Source of the DNA: Vulcanimicrobiota bacterium
Lineage (GTDB): Bacteria; Vulcanimicrobiota; Xenobia; Xenobiales; JADMJV01
Assembly: GCA_050250895.1 (NCBI GenBank)
Contig: JBFWNU010000006.1
Span: 279,513 to 343,512 of the forward strand
Direction of reading: 5' to 3'
DNA length: 64,000 bases
This document shows positions 1-10,187 of the stretch, one piece after another. Each line of letters opens with the position of its first letter. Position 1 is the first letter of the stretch. The position numbers and the translations under genes are program-made. Below the pieces are notes generated by a model that saw only the letters and a program-made list of their open reading frames with translations, did not search any database and was not told where the DNA came from.

Positions 1-868
1 CGCGGCCCGCGTCGATCTCGAGTCGGCCCAGATCAAGCGCGACGCGGCTCTCGAATTGCAGCAGGCTTCCCAGGCCAGGATTCAGGGGGCCCGCGCCCAG
101 GTGCAACAGGCCCAGGCCAATCTCGACCAGGCGCGCATCAATCTCGAGCGCACCGTCATTCGCTCACCCATTGACGGCATCGTGCTCGATGTGCTGGTGA
201 CCGAGGGCCAGACGGTAGCCGCCCAACTCCAGGCGCCCAGCCTGTTCATTCTGGCTGAGAATCTCAACCAGATGCAGGTCGAGACCAGCATCGACGAGGC
301 CGATATCGGACAGGTCAAGGCTGGCATGAAGGCCATCTTTACGGTGGATGCCTTTCCCGACGAGAGGTTCGAGGGCAAGGTCACCGAGGTCAGGCAATCG
401 CCGGTGGTGGTTCAGAACGTGGTCACCTACACCGTTATCATCGAGGCCACCAACCCCGAACTCAGACTCAAGCCGGGCATGACGGCGACCGTAGATATCG
501 TGGTCGAGAGCAAGAATCAGGTGACCATGATCCCCAGCGCCGCTCTTCGCTTCAAGCCCGATGAAACCGAGTCGGGCTCGGGAACGCAAGCGTCTGGGGA
601 GCAGCCACGCCTGAGCCAGCGCCGGGGCCGGGGTGAAGGTCGCAGCCGCGAAGGCCGCACCGTCTACACCCTCGAGGGTGACCAGCTGGTGCCTCACAAA
701 GTGAAGACCGGACTTACCGACGCCATCAACACCGAGATGATCGAGGGCGATCTCAAGTCCGGCCAGCAGGTGGTGGTGGGTAAAGCCGTGCCCGAGACCG
801 AGGCCACTCCGGCCAGCAGCAATAATCGCAGCGGCGGCAATCGGCGGCGCGGAATGAGGATGTTTTAG
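1..868 (+). CDS. Efflux periplasmic adaptor subunit, MacA/HlyD family (5'-truncated)
   Basis: Coiled coil then IRSPIDG, IDEADIG, LKPGMTA motifs; directly upstream of ABC ATPase and MacB-type permease; frame open to window edge. Confidence 0.9.
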   Translation, partial: AARVDLESAQIKRDAALELQQASQARIQGARAQVQQAQANLDQARINLERTVIRSPIDGIVLDVLVTEGQTVAAQLQAPSLFILAENLNQMQVETSIDEADIGQVKAGMKAIFTVDAFPDERFEGKVTEVRQSPVVVQNVVTYTVIIEATNPELRLKPGMTATVDIVVESKNQVTMIPSAALRFKPDETESGSGTQASGEQPRLSQRRGRGEGRSREGRTVYTLEGDQLVPHKVKTGLTDAINTEMIEGDLKSGQQVVVGKAVPETEATPASSNNRSGGNRRRGMRMF

Positions 869-1542
869 TGACGCCCGTATTGGAAATCAGCCAACTCGAA
901 CGCACCTATCGCAACGGCCAGATCGAGGTCAAAGCCCTTCGAGGCGTGAGCTTCACGGTCGAGCGGGGCGATTTCGTGGCCGTGATGGGGCCTTCGGGTT
1001 CGGGCAAGTCGACCATGATGAACATCCTCGGTTGCCTCGATCGACCCACTGCCGGCAGTTACAAGCTCGATGGGGTCGAAACGGCTCGACTAGACACTGA
1101 CGAGCGGGCGCGACTGCGCAACCAGAAGATCGGTTTCGTCTTTCAGGGCTTCAATCTGCTGGCCCGCACCACGGCGGTGGAAAACGTCGAGTTGCCTCTG
1201 CTGTATCAAGGCCTCTACGACCCCGAGGCCAGACGAGCCCGCTGTCGCAGCGCTCTGACGCGAGTCAAACTGGGTCATCGCTTCGACCACGTCCCGTCGC
1301 ATCTGTCCGGTGGCGAGCAGCAGCGGGTGGCCATCGCCCGCGCTCTGGTCACCGAGCCTTCGCTGCTGCTGGCCGACGAGCCCACCGGCAATCTGGACAC
1401 CCGCACCAGCGACGAGGTTATGGAGCTCTTTGGCGAACTCAACGCCCACGGCCTAACCATCGTCATGGTCACTCACGAGCAAGACGTGGCTGACAAGGCG
1501 CGTCGCATCATCACGTTCCGCGACGGGAGGCTGGTCGCCTAG
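868..1542 (+). CDS. ABC transporter ATP-binding protein (MacB/LolD-like)
   Basis: Walker [10 protein letters not shown], signature LSGGEQQR, Walker [13 protein letters not shown]-loop VTHE. Confidence 0.95.
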   Translation: MTPVLEISQLERTYRNGQIEVKALRGVSFTVERGDFVAVMGPSGSGKSTMMNILGCLDRPTAGSYKLDGVETARLDTDERARLRNQKIGFVFQGFNLLARTTAVENVELPLLYQGLYDPEARRARCRSALTRVKLGHRFDHVPSHLSGGEQQRVAIARALVTEPSLLLADEPTGNLDTRTSDEVMELFGELNAHGLTIVMVTHEQDVADKARRIITFRDGRLVA

Positions 1543-2760
1543 ATGACGCTCTCGAGCACCTTCACCATTGCCGCCAGGGCTCTGACGCGCAACGCCATGC
1601 GTACCTTCCTGACCATGCTGGGTCTCATTATCGGGGTTGGCGCCGTCATTACCATGCTGGCCCTGGGCAACGGCGCCCGCACCTCGATTCAAGCCAGCAT
1701 CGCCAGCCTGGGCACCAACACCATCATGATCTCGTCGGGCTCGGTCAACTCGGGCGGTGTGCGCAGCGGTGCCTTCGGCAGTTCGAACCTGACCGTGGAG
1801 GACGCCGAGGCCCTGGCGAACCAGGCGCCGTCGCTGGCCTATGTGGCCCCCATGACCCAGAACAGTTCCCAGGTGGTCTATCAAAACCAGAACTGGTTCA
1901 CCAGCGTCCAGGGTACCAGCCCCGACTTTACCGAGATTCGCAACTGGCCCGTCGAGTCGGGCCAGTTCTTTACCGCCGCCGACGTTCGCTCGGCGGCCAA
2001 GGTGTGCGTGCTGGGTCGGACCGTGGCCAACGAACTCTTCGACGATGAAGAGCCTATCGGCCAGACCCTTCGCATCGGTCGCGTCCCTTTTCGGGTGGTG
2101 GGCATTCTCTCGGTCAAAGGCGAAGCCGCCTTCGGCCAGAACCAGGACGACCTGGTCGTGGTGCCCTACACCACTGCCATGAAGCGCTTGTTCAATCAGA
2201 ACAACCTGCGCAACATTCTAGCCTCGGCCAGCAGCGAAGAGGCCGTGCCCACGGCCGTGGCCGAGATCACCGACATCCTCAAGGTCCGCCATCGCATTCG
2301 CGAGGGACAAGAAGAGGACTTCTCGGTGCGGACTCAGGCCGAGTTCGCCCAGACCGCCGCCGAGTCCACCCGCGTCTTCACCATGCTGTTGGGGGGCATC
2401 GCTTCCGTCTCGCTGTTGGTAGGCGGCATTGGCATCATGAATATTATGTTGGTCTCGGTCACCGAGCGCATTCGCGAGATCGGCATCCGGATGGCGGTGG
2501 GCGCGCGCGCCCGCGATATCTTGCAACAGTTTCTGGTGGAGGCCATTTTGCTTTCGGTGGCGGGCGGGGCGGTGGGCGTCGGCTTGGGGTTCTTGCTGGC
2601 CAAGGTGGGGGCCTCATTCTCGAATTGGAAACTGGTGGTCTCGCCGCAGTCGGTGGTGCTGGCCTTCGGATTCTCGGCCTTTATCGGAGTCTTCTTCGGT
2701 CTCTACCCGGCCGTCAAAGCTTCGCGTCTGGACCCCATCGAGGCCCTGCGCCACGAGTAA
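1543..2760 (+). CDS. ABC transporter permease (MacB/FtsX family)
   Basis: LTMLGLIIGV TM1, large periplasmic domain, GGIGIMNIMLVSVTERIREIGIR, C-terminal PIEALR. Confidence 0.95.
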   Translation: MTLSSTFTIAARALTRNAMRTFLTMLGLIIGVGAVITMLALGNGARTSIQASIASLGTNTIMISSGSVNSGGVRSGAFGSSNLTVEDAEALANQAPSLAYVAPMTQNSSQVVYQNQNWFTSVQGTSPDFTEIRNWPVESGQFFTAADVRSAAKVCVLGRTVANELFDDEEPIGQTLRIGRVPFRVVGILSVKGEAAFGQNQDDLVVVPYTTAMKRLFNQNNLRNILASASSEEAVPTAVAEITDILKVRHRIREGQEEDFSVRTQAEFAQTAAESTRVFTMLLGGIASVSLLVGGIGIMNIMLVSVTERIREIGIRMAVGARARDILQQFLVEAILLSVAGGAVGVGLGFLLAKVGASFSNWKLVVSPQSVVLAFGFSAFIGVFFGLYPAVKASRLDPIEALRHE

Positions 2761-2762
2761 AA

Positions 2763-2791
2763 TTGCGCCTGGGCCGACGGCCTGCTAGAAT
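2763..2791 (+). promoter_or_regulatory. Sigma70-type promoter for a probably leaderless Uma2 transcript
   Basis: TTGCGC (2763-2768), 17-nt spacer, TGn-TAGAAT (2786-2791); ATG 6 nt later at 2798 with no Shine-Dalgarno. Confidence 0.55.
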
Positions 2792-2797
2792 TGGGCC

Positions 2798-3364
2798 ATG
2801 CTTGCCCATCGAGAACGTCGCCGCTTCACACCGGCAGAGTACCTGGCCCTCGAGGAGCGTTCCGAAACCAGGAGCGAGTTTTATCGGGGCGAGATCTTTG
2901 CCATGAGCGGTGGCACGGTTGAGCACAACCGACTGGTGCGCAATCTGACCGCGCTTCTGGATGCAGGTTTGCGAGGCTCGAGTTGCGAGGTTTTCGTAGC
3001 CGACATGCGCTTGCATGTGGCCGCTCACGAACTCTTTACCTATCCAGATCTATTTGTGGTCTGCGGGCCCTTGCCGCGGATGACAGAACGTGCCGATACG
3101 CTGGTCGACGCCAAGCTCGTCGTCGAGGTTCTGTCTCCTTCCACCGAAAAATACGATCGGGGCGAGAAGTTTCACCTTTATCAGGGGCTGCCTTCCTTCT
3201 CGGAGTATTTGCTGGTCCGCCAGGACCGCATCGAGATCGAACGCCACAGTCGGCGCAGCCCCGACGAGTGGGTATGGTCGCGGCATCGCGAGGCGGACCA
3301 GATCGAGTTGGCCTCGATCGGGCTGTGCCTGGCCGCGGCCGACATCTACCGAGACGTGTTTTAA
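2798..3364 (+). CDS. Uma2 family (DUF820) PD-(D/E)xK endonuclease-like protein
   Basis: EYLALE..SE..GEIFAM, YPD, VEVLSPSTEKYDRGEK, EYLLV motifs. Confidence 0.92.
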   Translation: MLAHRERRRFTPAEYLALEERSETRSEFYRGEIFAMSGGTVEHNRLVRNLTALLDAGLRGSSCEVFVADMRLHVAAHELFTYPDLFVVCGPLPRMTERADTLVDAKLVVEVLSPSTEKYDRGEKFHLYQGLPSFSEYLLVRQDRIEIERHSRRSPDEWVWSRHREADQIELASIGLCLAAADIYRDVF

Positions 3365-3370
3365 CCCACC

Positions 3371-5434
3371 CTATTCGTTCTCGATCTCGAGGAAGACATC
3401 GCCGATCTGGATGCCCTCGTCCTGGATGTCGATGTTGACATCCGGCCTGACCCCGCCGGCCTGCTGCAGATAGAGATCCAGGAATTCGCGGCCGGCGGCC
3501 GGATCCCAGTCATGAGCGGCCAGATAGTCGGCCATCTTGGCATAATGTTGGTCAAAGCTCTTTTCGCCCAGCTTCTGGCGCAGTTCGACTTCAAGCGAGA
3601 AAAGCTGATGGGCTTTGGGAAGGTCTCCACCGGCGTTGCCCAGCTGCAGTTTGAGTCGCTCGAAGGCGGGCCCGGGGGCAAGCGGGCCGCGTTTTTTTTC
3701 GAGGAACCGATACTCGTCAAAGGCCACGCCCAGAGCGGGGAAACTGCCGGGCAGTTCGGCCAGGCCGGGCTCGCGGGCCACCCGCCGGGCCCAGCTGTCT
3801 AACACCTGCTGGCGCTGGTCAGAGAGGGGCACCTCGGTGCGCGAAGGGGCGCTGGCCTGAAGTAGCAGCGAGGTGTTGGCAGCCAGATGCTGGCTGTCGG
3901 ATTGCTCGATCGAGGGCAGGCGTCGAGCTACTTCGCGACGGCGGTAGAGCTGCTCCTTGAAGGAACGAATGGAGGGGAATTTCTCGGTGCGCGAGAGAGC
4001 CAACAGATTGGTCAGCTCTTCTTCCACCGCCGGCTGGTCGTTGTTGGCCAACAGGGCCAGCGAGAGCAACGTCTCGGCGCCGGCTTCATCGAGGTTGATG
4101 CTCTCGGAGAGTTGGGCGCGCACCTTGTCGAGCAGCTCCGAACCACGCTCTTCCAGGCCCACCAGCTCAAACAGAGCGGGGAAGTATTGGCCCTCGGCTC
4201 GGCTCACGCGAGCGAAGTTGTAGTCCTCGAAATCGCCGTGGTCAAAACGTAGAAACTGCGAGAGCAGATGGTCTTCCGGGCTCTGGCGCACTCCGTTGCG
4301 GGTGAACTTGAAGTCCTTGAGCAGGTCGGCGTTGCTCTCTTTGAACTTGTTGAGACCCCGCAGGTAGGCACCCATCTCTTCTACGGTCGAGTCCTCATAG
4401 CGCTCCCAGATGGCTTCGATGCGGGGGCGGATGACCCGCTTGAGCACGTGAGTCATCACCGGGATCGACGGCTTGTAGTCGACATCGTGGGCGATTCCCT
4501 CGAACAGATAGGCGTGCGCCGGACCGAGATTCTCCTCCGGCGCCGAAGCGATGGCCTGGAGCACCTCTTCGGTCCGCTCGGGGGCCATCCGCAGCAGGGG
4601 CAGGACCGAGTCTACCAGGTCGCCCCGCGAACTGATGGTCTCGGTGACCAGGCGCTCGACGCCCTGCCAGAACTTGTCCTGGGCTAACAACTCGGGAAAG
4701 GCCTGACCCATGGCCCCGTAGATGGCCACCCGATCGCTGCTCTGCTTGCCGATCACGCCCTCGACCTCGGCCCGGTCGGCCATGCCCAGCAAGCGCTCGA
4801 GATGAGGCTGCAGCCCCTCACGCAAAGGCTCGGAATCCTTGGCTTCTTCAAACAGGCGGCGCACCGCCCGCAGATCGTGGGCGTAGATCAGTCCGTCCTG
4901 ACACCAATCCAGCATCTGGGTTACGTGTTCGGCCATGTGGCCGTCCTGCGTCCAATCGGCGACCAGACGGTCGGCCCGGTCATCGTAGTAAGCTAGATCG
5001 CTGCGCAGACGATCGCTTGTTGCATCAGGCATCTCGAGTAACAACGCCCCGGCGTGACCGCGGAAGACGCCCTTGTCGAGACCCTCTTCGAGGCTGACCT
5101 GGCCCAGTTTGAGGTCGCCGGCCTCGATCCAGTGCTGGGCTGTCTGGCGCAGTGCTTGGCGGGTCTCGTCGACCAGTTCTTTAGAGAAGCGTTGGTCGTC
5201 GATCTTGCGATAGAAATCGACCAGCACCTGGCCGGCCCGCATGGGCACTTCCTCGCTGTGCGGCTCGAAGCTCTCGAGTTCGCCGACCATGGACTCAAAG
5301 CACTTCTGGTCGCGATAACGGCCGGCGTCGTCGTAAAAGACCGAGGTGAATTCTCGTTCGCGAGCCTCGAGCGCCGAAATCCTGGGGTCGACCCGCCGCT
5401 GGGGAGCAGCCGTCTGGTTTGATATCGAGAGCAT
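3371..5434 (-). CDS. Hypothetical helical protein (~687 aa)
   Basis: Long ORF; start moved to ATG 5434 (MLSISNQ) because the upstream extension overlaps the divergent rluA-like gene; no recognised domain. Confidence 0.7.
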   Translation of the reverse strand: MLSISNQTAAPQRRVDPRISALEAREREFTSVFYDDAGRYRDQKCFESMVGELESFEPHSEEVPMRAGQVLVDFYRKIDDQRFSKELVDETRQALRQTAQHWIEAGDLKLGQVSLEEGLDKGVFRGHAGALLLEMPDATSDRLRSDLAYYDDRADRLVADWTQDGHMAEHVTQMLDWCQDGLIYAHDLRAVRRLFEEAKDSEPLREGLQPHLERLLGMADRAEVEGVIGKQSSDRVAIYGAMGQAFPELLAQDKFWQGVERLVTETISSRGDLVDSVLPLLRMAPERTEEVLQAIASAPEENLGPAHAYLFEGIAHDVDYKPSIPVMTHVLKRVIRPRIEAIWERYEDSTVEEMGAYLRGLNKFKESNADLLKDFKFTRNGVRQSPEDHLLSQFLRFDHGDFEDYNFARVSRAEGQYFPALFELVGLEERGSELLDKVRAQLSESINLDEAGAETLLSLALLANNDQPAVEEELTNLLALSRTEKFPSIRSFKEQLYRRREVARRLPSIEQSDSQHLAANTSLLLQASAPSRTEVPLSDQRQQVLDSWARRVAREPGLAELPGSFPALGVAFDEYRFLEKKRGPLAPGPAFERLKLQLGNAGGDLPKAHQLFSLEVELRQKLGEKSFDQHYAKMADYLAAHDWDPAAGREFLDLYLQQAGGVRPDVNIDIQDEGIQIGDVFLEIENE

Positions 5435-5530
5435 GATCGTCCTGAAACTATCACCCCGGGTCGAAAGCCGCATTGAGAACATGTAACATGGTCGCGAGGA
5501 TGGCGGGTCGAACCGCCCGAACTTCTCGCC

Positions 5531-6151
5531 ATGGCCTACCAGGTGCTTTATGAAGACGACTTCTTGCTGGTGGTCTCCAAGCCCGCGGGGCTGCTGTTTC
5601 ATCCCACCTGGGATCCGGACCGGCCCAACCTGGTCAAAGAGATCCGCCAGGCCTTAGGACCCGACCAGTATTTGGGCACTCATCAGCGTCTCGATCAGGT
5701 CACCTCGGGAGTGGTGCTTTTTTCTCGCCATAAGAGCGCCAACTTCAGCTTGCATCGACAATTTGCCACCCGCAAGGTCGAGAAGATCTACCACGCGCTG
5801 GTGAGCCAGGTGCCCGAGCCTGGCTGGGAGGTCAGCAACCACCTGGGGCGCGACGGCGCCTATACGGTCGAGGATGACGACGGCAAACTGGCCCTTACTT
5901 CGTTTCGACGGCTGGAACAGCGCTCGGATTGTTGGCTGGTCGAGGCCCGCCCTCGCACCGGTCGCCGCCATCAGATCCGGGTCCATCTCGCCGGTTGCGG
6001 GCTGCCCATCGTCGGTGACGACCTCTATGGAGGACGGCCGGCCCACCGGACCATGTTGCACGCCTTGCAGCTTCGACTGGACCATCCCATTAGCCGAGAG
6101 CCGCTTCGCTTCGAGGCCCCTTACCCGACCGATTTCGGGGTGGCGGCGTGA
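5531..6151 (+). CDS. RluA family pseudouridine synthase
   Basis: KPAGL, HQRLDQVTSG (catalytic Asp), TGRRHQIRVHL, GDDLYG, LHA motifs. Confidence 0.93.
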   Translation: MAYQVLYEDDFLLVVSKPAGLLFHPTWDPDRPNLVKEIRQALGPDQYLGTHQRLDQVTSGVVLFSRHKSANFSLHRQFATRKVEKIYHALVSQVPEPGWEVSNHLGRDGAYTVEDDDGKLALTSFRRLEQRSDCWLVEARPRTGRRHQIRVHLAGCGLPIVGDDLYGGRPAHRTMLHALQLRLDHPISREPLRFEAPYPTDFGVAA

Positions 6152-6729
6152 TCCCCGGCCCCGTCCTCGAGGGGCTGACCCGGCGGTTGGCCGAGTGCCC
6201 TCCCGATTTTCTAGCAGAACCGCGGCGAGCCAACGGCCAGGGTTCGGTCGTGGTGGGCGCGGTGGTGTCGGACCTCTTGCAGCGCCTGGGCGCAGAGCCC
6301 CTCGACCGAGAAGCCATGCAGGGCTTTGTGGGTGACGACAAAAGCCGCAATCGTCTGCGCATTACCCTGGTGGCTTGCTGGTTGCTGGCCGACCCGGCCC
6401 TGCTCGATTATCCTGAATTGCCCGACAAAGCTTTGGTGTGGCTAGAAGAAGGCTTTCAGGAGTTGGCCGCCCTGGTCGATCCGACCCTGTTCGTGACCGA
6501 CCCCGACCGGCGCGAAGAGCTGGCCAGGCTGTGCCTGGATAGTCTCGACCTGCTGCCGGCCGGAGAGAGCCGGGCTCAGGCCCAGGACCGCTTGACCACC
6601 CTTTCGAGCGTGGAGCGCGAGCGCGTCATCCAGACAGCCCGCCAAGCCCAGGAACGGGCCCGTCTGGTGCGCGAAGAGCTGGCCCGCAAGCAGGCCGCCG
6701 AGGCAGCCGCGGCCTGGAGCAACGAATGA
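6148..6729 (+). CDS. Hypothetical protein
   Basis: 193-aa ORF with 4-nt overlaps to both neighbours; C-terminal coiled coil. Confidence 0.75.
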   Translation: MIPGPVLEGLTRRLAECPPDFLAEPRRANGQGSVVVGAVVSDLLQRLGAEPLDREAMQGFVGDDKSRNRLRITLVACWLLADPALLDYPELPDKALVWLEEGFQELAALVDPTLFVTDPDRREELARLCLDSLDLLPAGESRAQAQDRLTTLSSVERERVIQTARQAQERARLVREELARKQAAEAAAAWSNE

Positions 6730-7997
6730 GCATGCTGCACCGGTTGACCGAACATGAATCGGCCCCCCTCTTCAATTATCGCTGTGGCGACATGCTCGAC
6801 GAGGCCGGCCTGGCGGCCGTGCGGGATTTCGAAACCAGGCTGCATGCAGAACCGGTCGGCTACCGCCACGGTCAGCCGCCCGACTGGGTCCACGAGCTGG
6901 CCGGGCGGGCAACGCGAACGGTGCCACACTATCGTGAGTTCGGGTCCTATGCCGGCGAGTTCCAGGCACTGCCGACCCTGGGGCGCCAGGTGCTCGCTCA
7001 CCGTCCCGAGAGTTTGGTGCCCGATGATGTTCCGCTCGATCCGATGATCGTCTACTACACCTCGGGCACCACCGAAAGCTCGGTTCTGATTCCCTCGCAT
7101 CCTACCGTTTCGTCGATGGTGTTACCCTTGCTGCGACGGGCGCTCGAGACCAGAGGAGTGACCCTCCAGGGAGGTCCCGACCGGGTCGCCCTGTGCCTGG
7201 TGGGTGATCGCCGCCAGACCCTGACCTATGCCTGTCTTTCAAGCTATCTGGGCGGAGCGGGCTTCCTCAAGGTCAACCTCAATCCGGCCGACTGGAACCA
7301 GCCGGCCGATCGGGTCGCCTATCTCGATGCCATGGATCCCGAGGTCTATACCGGTGATCCCGTGTCGTTTCTGCGACTGGCCGAACTCGGGCTCAAGACC
7401 AGGCCGAAGGCTCTGGTCTCGTCTGCTCTGGCGTTGTCTGCGGCCGTGAGCGAGCAACTCGAAGCCCACTTTGGCTGCCCGGTGCTCGACATCTATTCGC
7501 TCAGCGAAGCGCGTTTCTTGACGGTAGCCACTCCCAGAGGGCATCGACTGTTGGCCCCGGACATCTACCTCGAGATCCTCGACGAGCAGGGAAGTCCGCT
7601 CGAGCCTGGCCGGCGCGGCGAGGTCGTGGTCACCACCGGACGAAACCCATACCAGCCCCTGCTCCGCTATCGCACCGGGGATTTTGGCTGCCTCGAGTGG
7701 GTGGGTTCGCAGCCGTTTCTGGTGGGCCTCGAAGGTCGCGAACCTGTGATGTTCAGCCGTCGTGACGGTGGCCAGGTCAATAACATCGACATCACGGCCG
7801 CCTTACAAGACCTGCCGCTGGCCCAGTTTCACCTGCACCAGGCGGCCGATGGCCAACTCAAGCTCGCCTATCGAGGTCAGGTTGCCGAATCAGAGTTGCG
7901 CACCCGACTGAGCCAGGCTTTGGGCGATTGGCCGTGTCTACTCGAGGCTCTGGACGGGCCGATGGAAGGCAAGCTCGTGCGCTACACCCGCGAGTAG
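6726..7997 (+). CDS. Phenylacetate-CoA ligase/CapK-like adenylate-forming enzyme
   Basis: YYTSGTT loop, YSLSE, LLRYRTGD, GR motifs of the ANL superfamily. Confidence 0.85.
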   Translation: MSMLHRLTEHESAPLFNYRCGDMLDEAGLAAVRDFETRLHAEPVGYRHGQPPDWVHELAGRATRTVPHYREFGSYAGEFQALPTLGRQVLAHRPESLVPDDVPLDPMIVYYTSGTTESSVLIPSHPTVSSMVLPLLRRALETRGVTLQGGPDRVALCLVGDRRQTLTYACLSSYLGGAGFLKVNLNPADWNQPADRVAYLDAMDPEVYTGDPVSFLRLAELGLKTRPKALVSSALALSAAVSEQLEAHFGCPVLDIYSLSEARFLTVATPRGHRLLAPDIYLEILDEQGSPLEPGRRGEVVVTTGRNPYQPLLRYRTGDFGCLEWVGSQPFLVGLEGREPVMFSRRDGGQVNNIDITAALQDLPLAQFHLHQAADGQLKLAYRGQVAESELRTRLSQALGDWPCLLEALDGPMEGKLVRYTRE

Positions 7998-9124
7998 CGA
8001 TAGCGCAGCAAGGTGTCGACCACCACCGCCACCGAGTCGGTGATCGAGAGCCAATACTCGTATTTCTTGCCGTTGGCCAGGCTACAGAGCAAAGGATACA
8101 CCGGTTTGCGCCACTTCCAATAGTCCTCGCCAAAAAGGATCATGGGACTGGGGCCGGATTCCATGTAGTAGTTTTGAGTGTTGTCCTGAAAGATCTCCTG
8201 GACGGTCCCGGCATTGCCGGGTGCGAATACGATCCCGGCCCCGGCCACCGTCACCAGGCCATCTTCACGAACGCTGTTGGCGAAGTATTTGGCTACATGG
8301 CTGGCAAAAAGATTGGGAGGTTCGTGGCCATAGAGCCAGGTGGGAATGCCCAGACTCTGGGCGCGGATGGGGTCTTTGGGCGGATAGCGCCGACGGACGG
8401 CGATCCCGGTGAGCAGCCATTCGCGTTTCTGGCGGTAGGTCGGCGCACTCTCGAGAGCGGCCACCGCTTGAGCCAACTCGTCTTCGCCGCGGTCGACAAA
8501 GAGGGCGCCCAGGTGCGTGGCTTCCATGGCTCCGGGCCCTCCGCCACTGATCATGAAGAAGCCTTCCTGGGTGAGACGCCGCGACAGCAGGGCCACCTTG
8601 AAGTAGTCGGGATGATCACGGCCCAGGCTATGCCCTCCCATCATCGCCACCACTTCTCGGCCCTCGAGCAGTTCTTCCATGGCGTCGGTAATGGCGTGGT
8701 CATGCAGGCGACGCCCCAAAGCGTCGAGGATGTCGGGAGGTCTTTCTCGCCCGGTCTGTTCCCAATGCTCATAGATCAGCCCGTCGAGAGTCCTGTCGTA
8801 GGCGTTCTCGTCACCGGCCAGAAGTCGTTGCTCGAGTTCCCCGGGCTCGAGTAGCTCTTCTACGGTATAGAGAAAGCCTCGATAGGGGTCATAAGGTAGC
8901 TCGGGCAAACGCGGAAACAGCATGCTGCCTTGATTCAAGGCGTGGGCTAGCGCTACCGGTTCGAGCAGGCAACCCAGAAAGACGGCTCCTCGCAGATCGG
9001 CCCCCATGAGGGCCTGGGTGCGCCCGCGCAAGTCCAGGCTCTGGCAGACGGTATTTTCAAGACTGCCACCGGCAGCCAGATGGTTGTCGAGTTTTTCCAG
9101 GCTCTCAAATTCTAGTCTCGGCAT
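7982..9124 (-). CDS. LOG/SLOG family nucleotide-binding protein
   Basis: SGGGPGAMEA, SVREDGL, PGNAGTVQE motifs. Confidence 0.85.
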   Translation of the reverse strand: MPRLEFESLEKLDNHLAAGGSLENTVCQSLDLRGRTQALMGADLRGAVFLGCLLEPVALAHALNQGSMLFPRLPELPYDPYRGFLYTVEELLEPGELEQRLLAGDENAYDRTLDGLIYEHWEQTGRERPPDILDALGRRLHDHAITDAMEELLEGREVVAMMGGHSLGRDHPDYFKVALLSRRLTQEGFFMISGGGPGAMEATHLGALFVDRGEDELAQAVAALESAPTYRQKREWLLTGIAVRRRYPPKDPIRAQSLGIPTWLYGHEPPNLFASHVAKYFANSVREDGLVTVAGAGIVFAPGNAGTVQEIFQDNTQNYYMESGPSPMILFGEDYWKWRKPVYPLLCSLANGKKYEYWLSITDSVAVVVDTLLRYRYSRV

Positions 9125-9134
9125 GGCCCCTCAC

Positions 9135-9161
9135 GAAGAAGGCCCACCGGCGGCGGGCCTC
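9135..9161 (-). terminator. Intrinsic terminator-like hairpin after small ORF
   Basis: Minus strand AGGCCC-GCCGCCGGT-GGGCCT followed by TCTTC. Confidence 0.5.
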
Positions 9162-9185
9162 TCAAAAGTTGGTCGTGAGATGAAC

Positions 9186-9302
9186 TTAATAGAACCCGGA
9201 GCTAGTGGCTCCGAAATACATCACCGTCATCAGGGTCAAAAGGCCCAGAATCGCCACCGGAAGGCAGGTGATGGCGGTGTTGCTGGATGGATGGTGAGAC
9301 AC
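9186..9302 (-). CDS. Small single-pass membrane protein (38 aa)
   Basis: GGAGGA SD then GTG; MSHHPSSNTAITCLPVAILGLLTLMTVMYFGATSSGFY; hairpin downstream. Confidence 0.6.
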   Translation of the reverse strand: MSHHPSSNTAITCLPVAILGLLTLMTVMYFGATSSGFY

Positions 9303-9369
9303 GTTTGCGTCCTCCGATTGTGATGTCGCAAGGCCCATTCGGGGTCGAACCTCGCCTCCCTCTTTCGCT

Positions 9370-10140
9370 CTAAAGTGAACCGGCCCACTCTTTGGCCGGC
9401 CCGCTGACCCGCTCGTCGGTGTATTGCAAGAACTCGCCACTCCACTGGCGCGGCGCAAACAAAGCCAGCCAGGCAGCCACTCTCGCAGGAACCTCGGGAG
9501 GTTCGAGTTGGCCTTGCTCTTTCAAGTTGACGAAGTTCTTCCACTTCTCCTCGGTCATGCCCGATTGGCCTTGCTCGCGGATCTCGGTTTGCATGGCCGT
9601 ATCGATCACGCCGGGTCGCAACGAGAGCGAGGTGACCTCGGGCTCTTCGGCGGCGATAACCGAACTCAAGTGCAGAAGGCCGGCCTTCGAGGTGCAATAG
9701 GCGCTCCACCCTTCCATCGGCTTGACGGCCGCGCCGGTGCTGATGTGGACGATGCGCCCCTGGGGGTGGCGCAGGTGGGGTAGGGCGGCCCGGGTCAGCA
9801 GCATGGGGGCCAACAGATTGACGCGCAGGTTGTGCTCCCAACTCTGGGGATCCGCCTCGGCCAGGCGGTCGAGGGGACCCAGGACCCCGGCATTGTGGAT
9901 GAGGGCATCTAGTCGTCCGTATTCTTTGACGGTCGCCTCGACGAGCGCAGGGGCGGCCCCATTCTCGGCCAGGTCGGCACTGACCACCATAGCCCGAGAA
10001 CATTGCGAAGCCAGGTCTTCGAGGGCCTCTCGGCTACGGGCCGTCAGCACCAGGTTGCAGCCTGCCGCGTCGAGACATCGGGCAATGGCGGCCCCCAGTC
10101 CACGCGAGGCGCCGGTAATCAAAACTACTCGATCTTGCAT
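9370..10140 (-). CDS. SDR family oxidoreductase (sepiapterin/benzil reductase-like)
   Basis: TGASRGLG, HNAG, YCTSK catalytic motif, PGVIDT. Confidence 0.93.
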   Translation of the reverse strand: MQDRVVLITGASRGLGAAIARCLDAAGCNLVLTARSREALEDLASQCSRAMVVSADLAENGAAPALVEATVKEYGRLDALIHNAGVLGPLDRLAEADPQSWEHNLRVNLLAPMLLTRAALPHLRHPQGRIVHISTGAAVKPMEGWSAYCTSKAGLLHLSSVIAAEEPEVTSLSLRPGVIDTAMQTEIREQGQSGMTEEKWKNFVNLKEQGQLEPPEVPARVAAWLALFAPRQWSGEFLQYTDERVSGPAKEWAGSL

Positions 10141-10187
10141 GGCCTGCCCTTCCAGGTGTCTTCAGCAGACCCTGCGAAAACCACGTC

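Noticed and set aside
2798-3364. Uma2 nuclease as a defence island marker
   Set aside because: Single gene among housekeeping genes with no methylase or other defence partner
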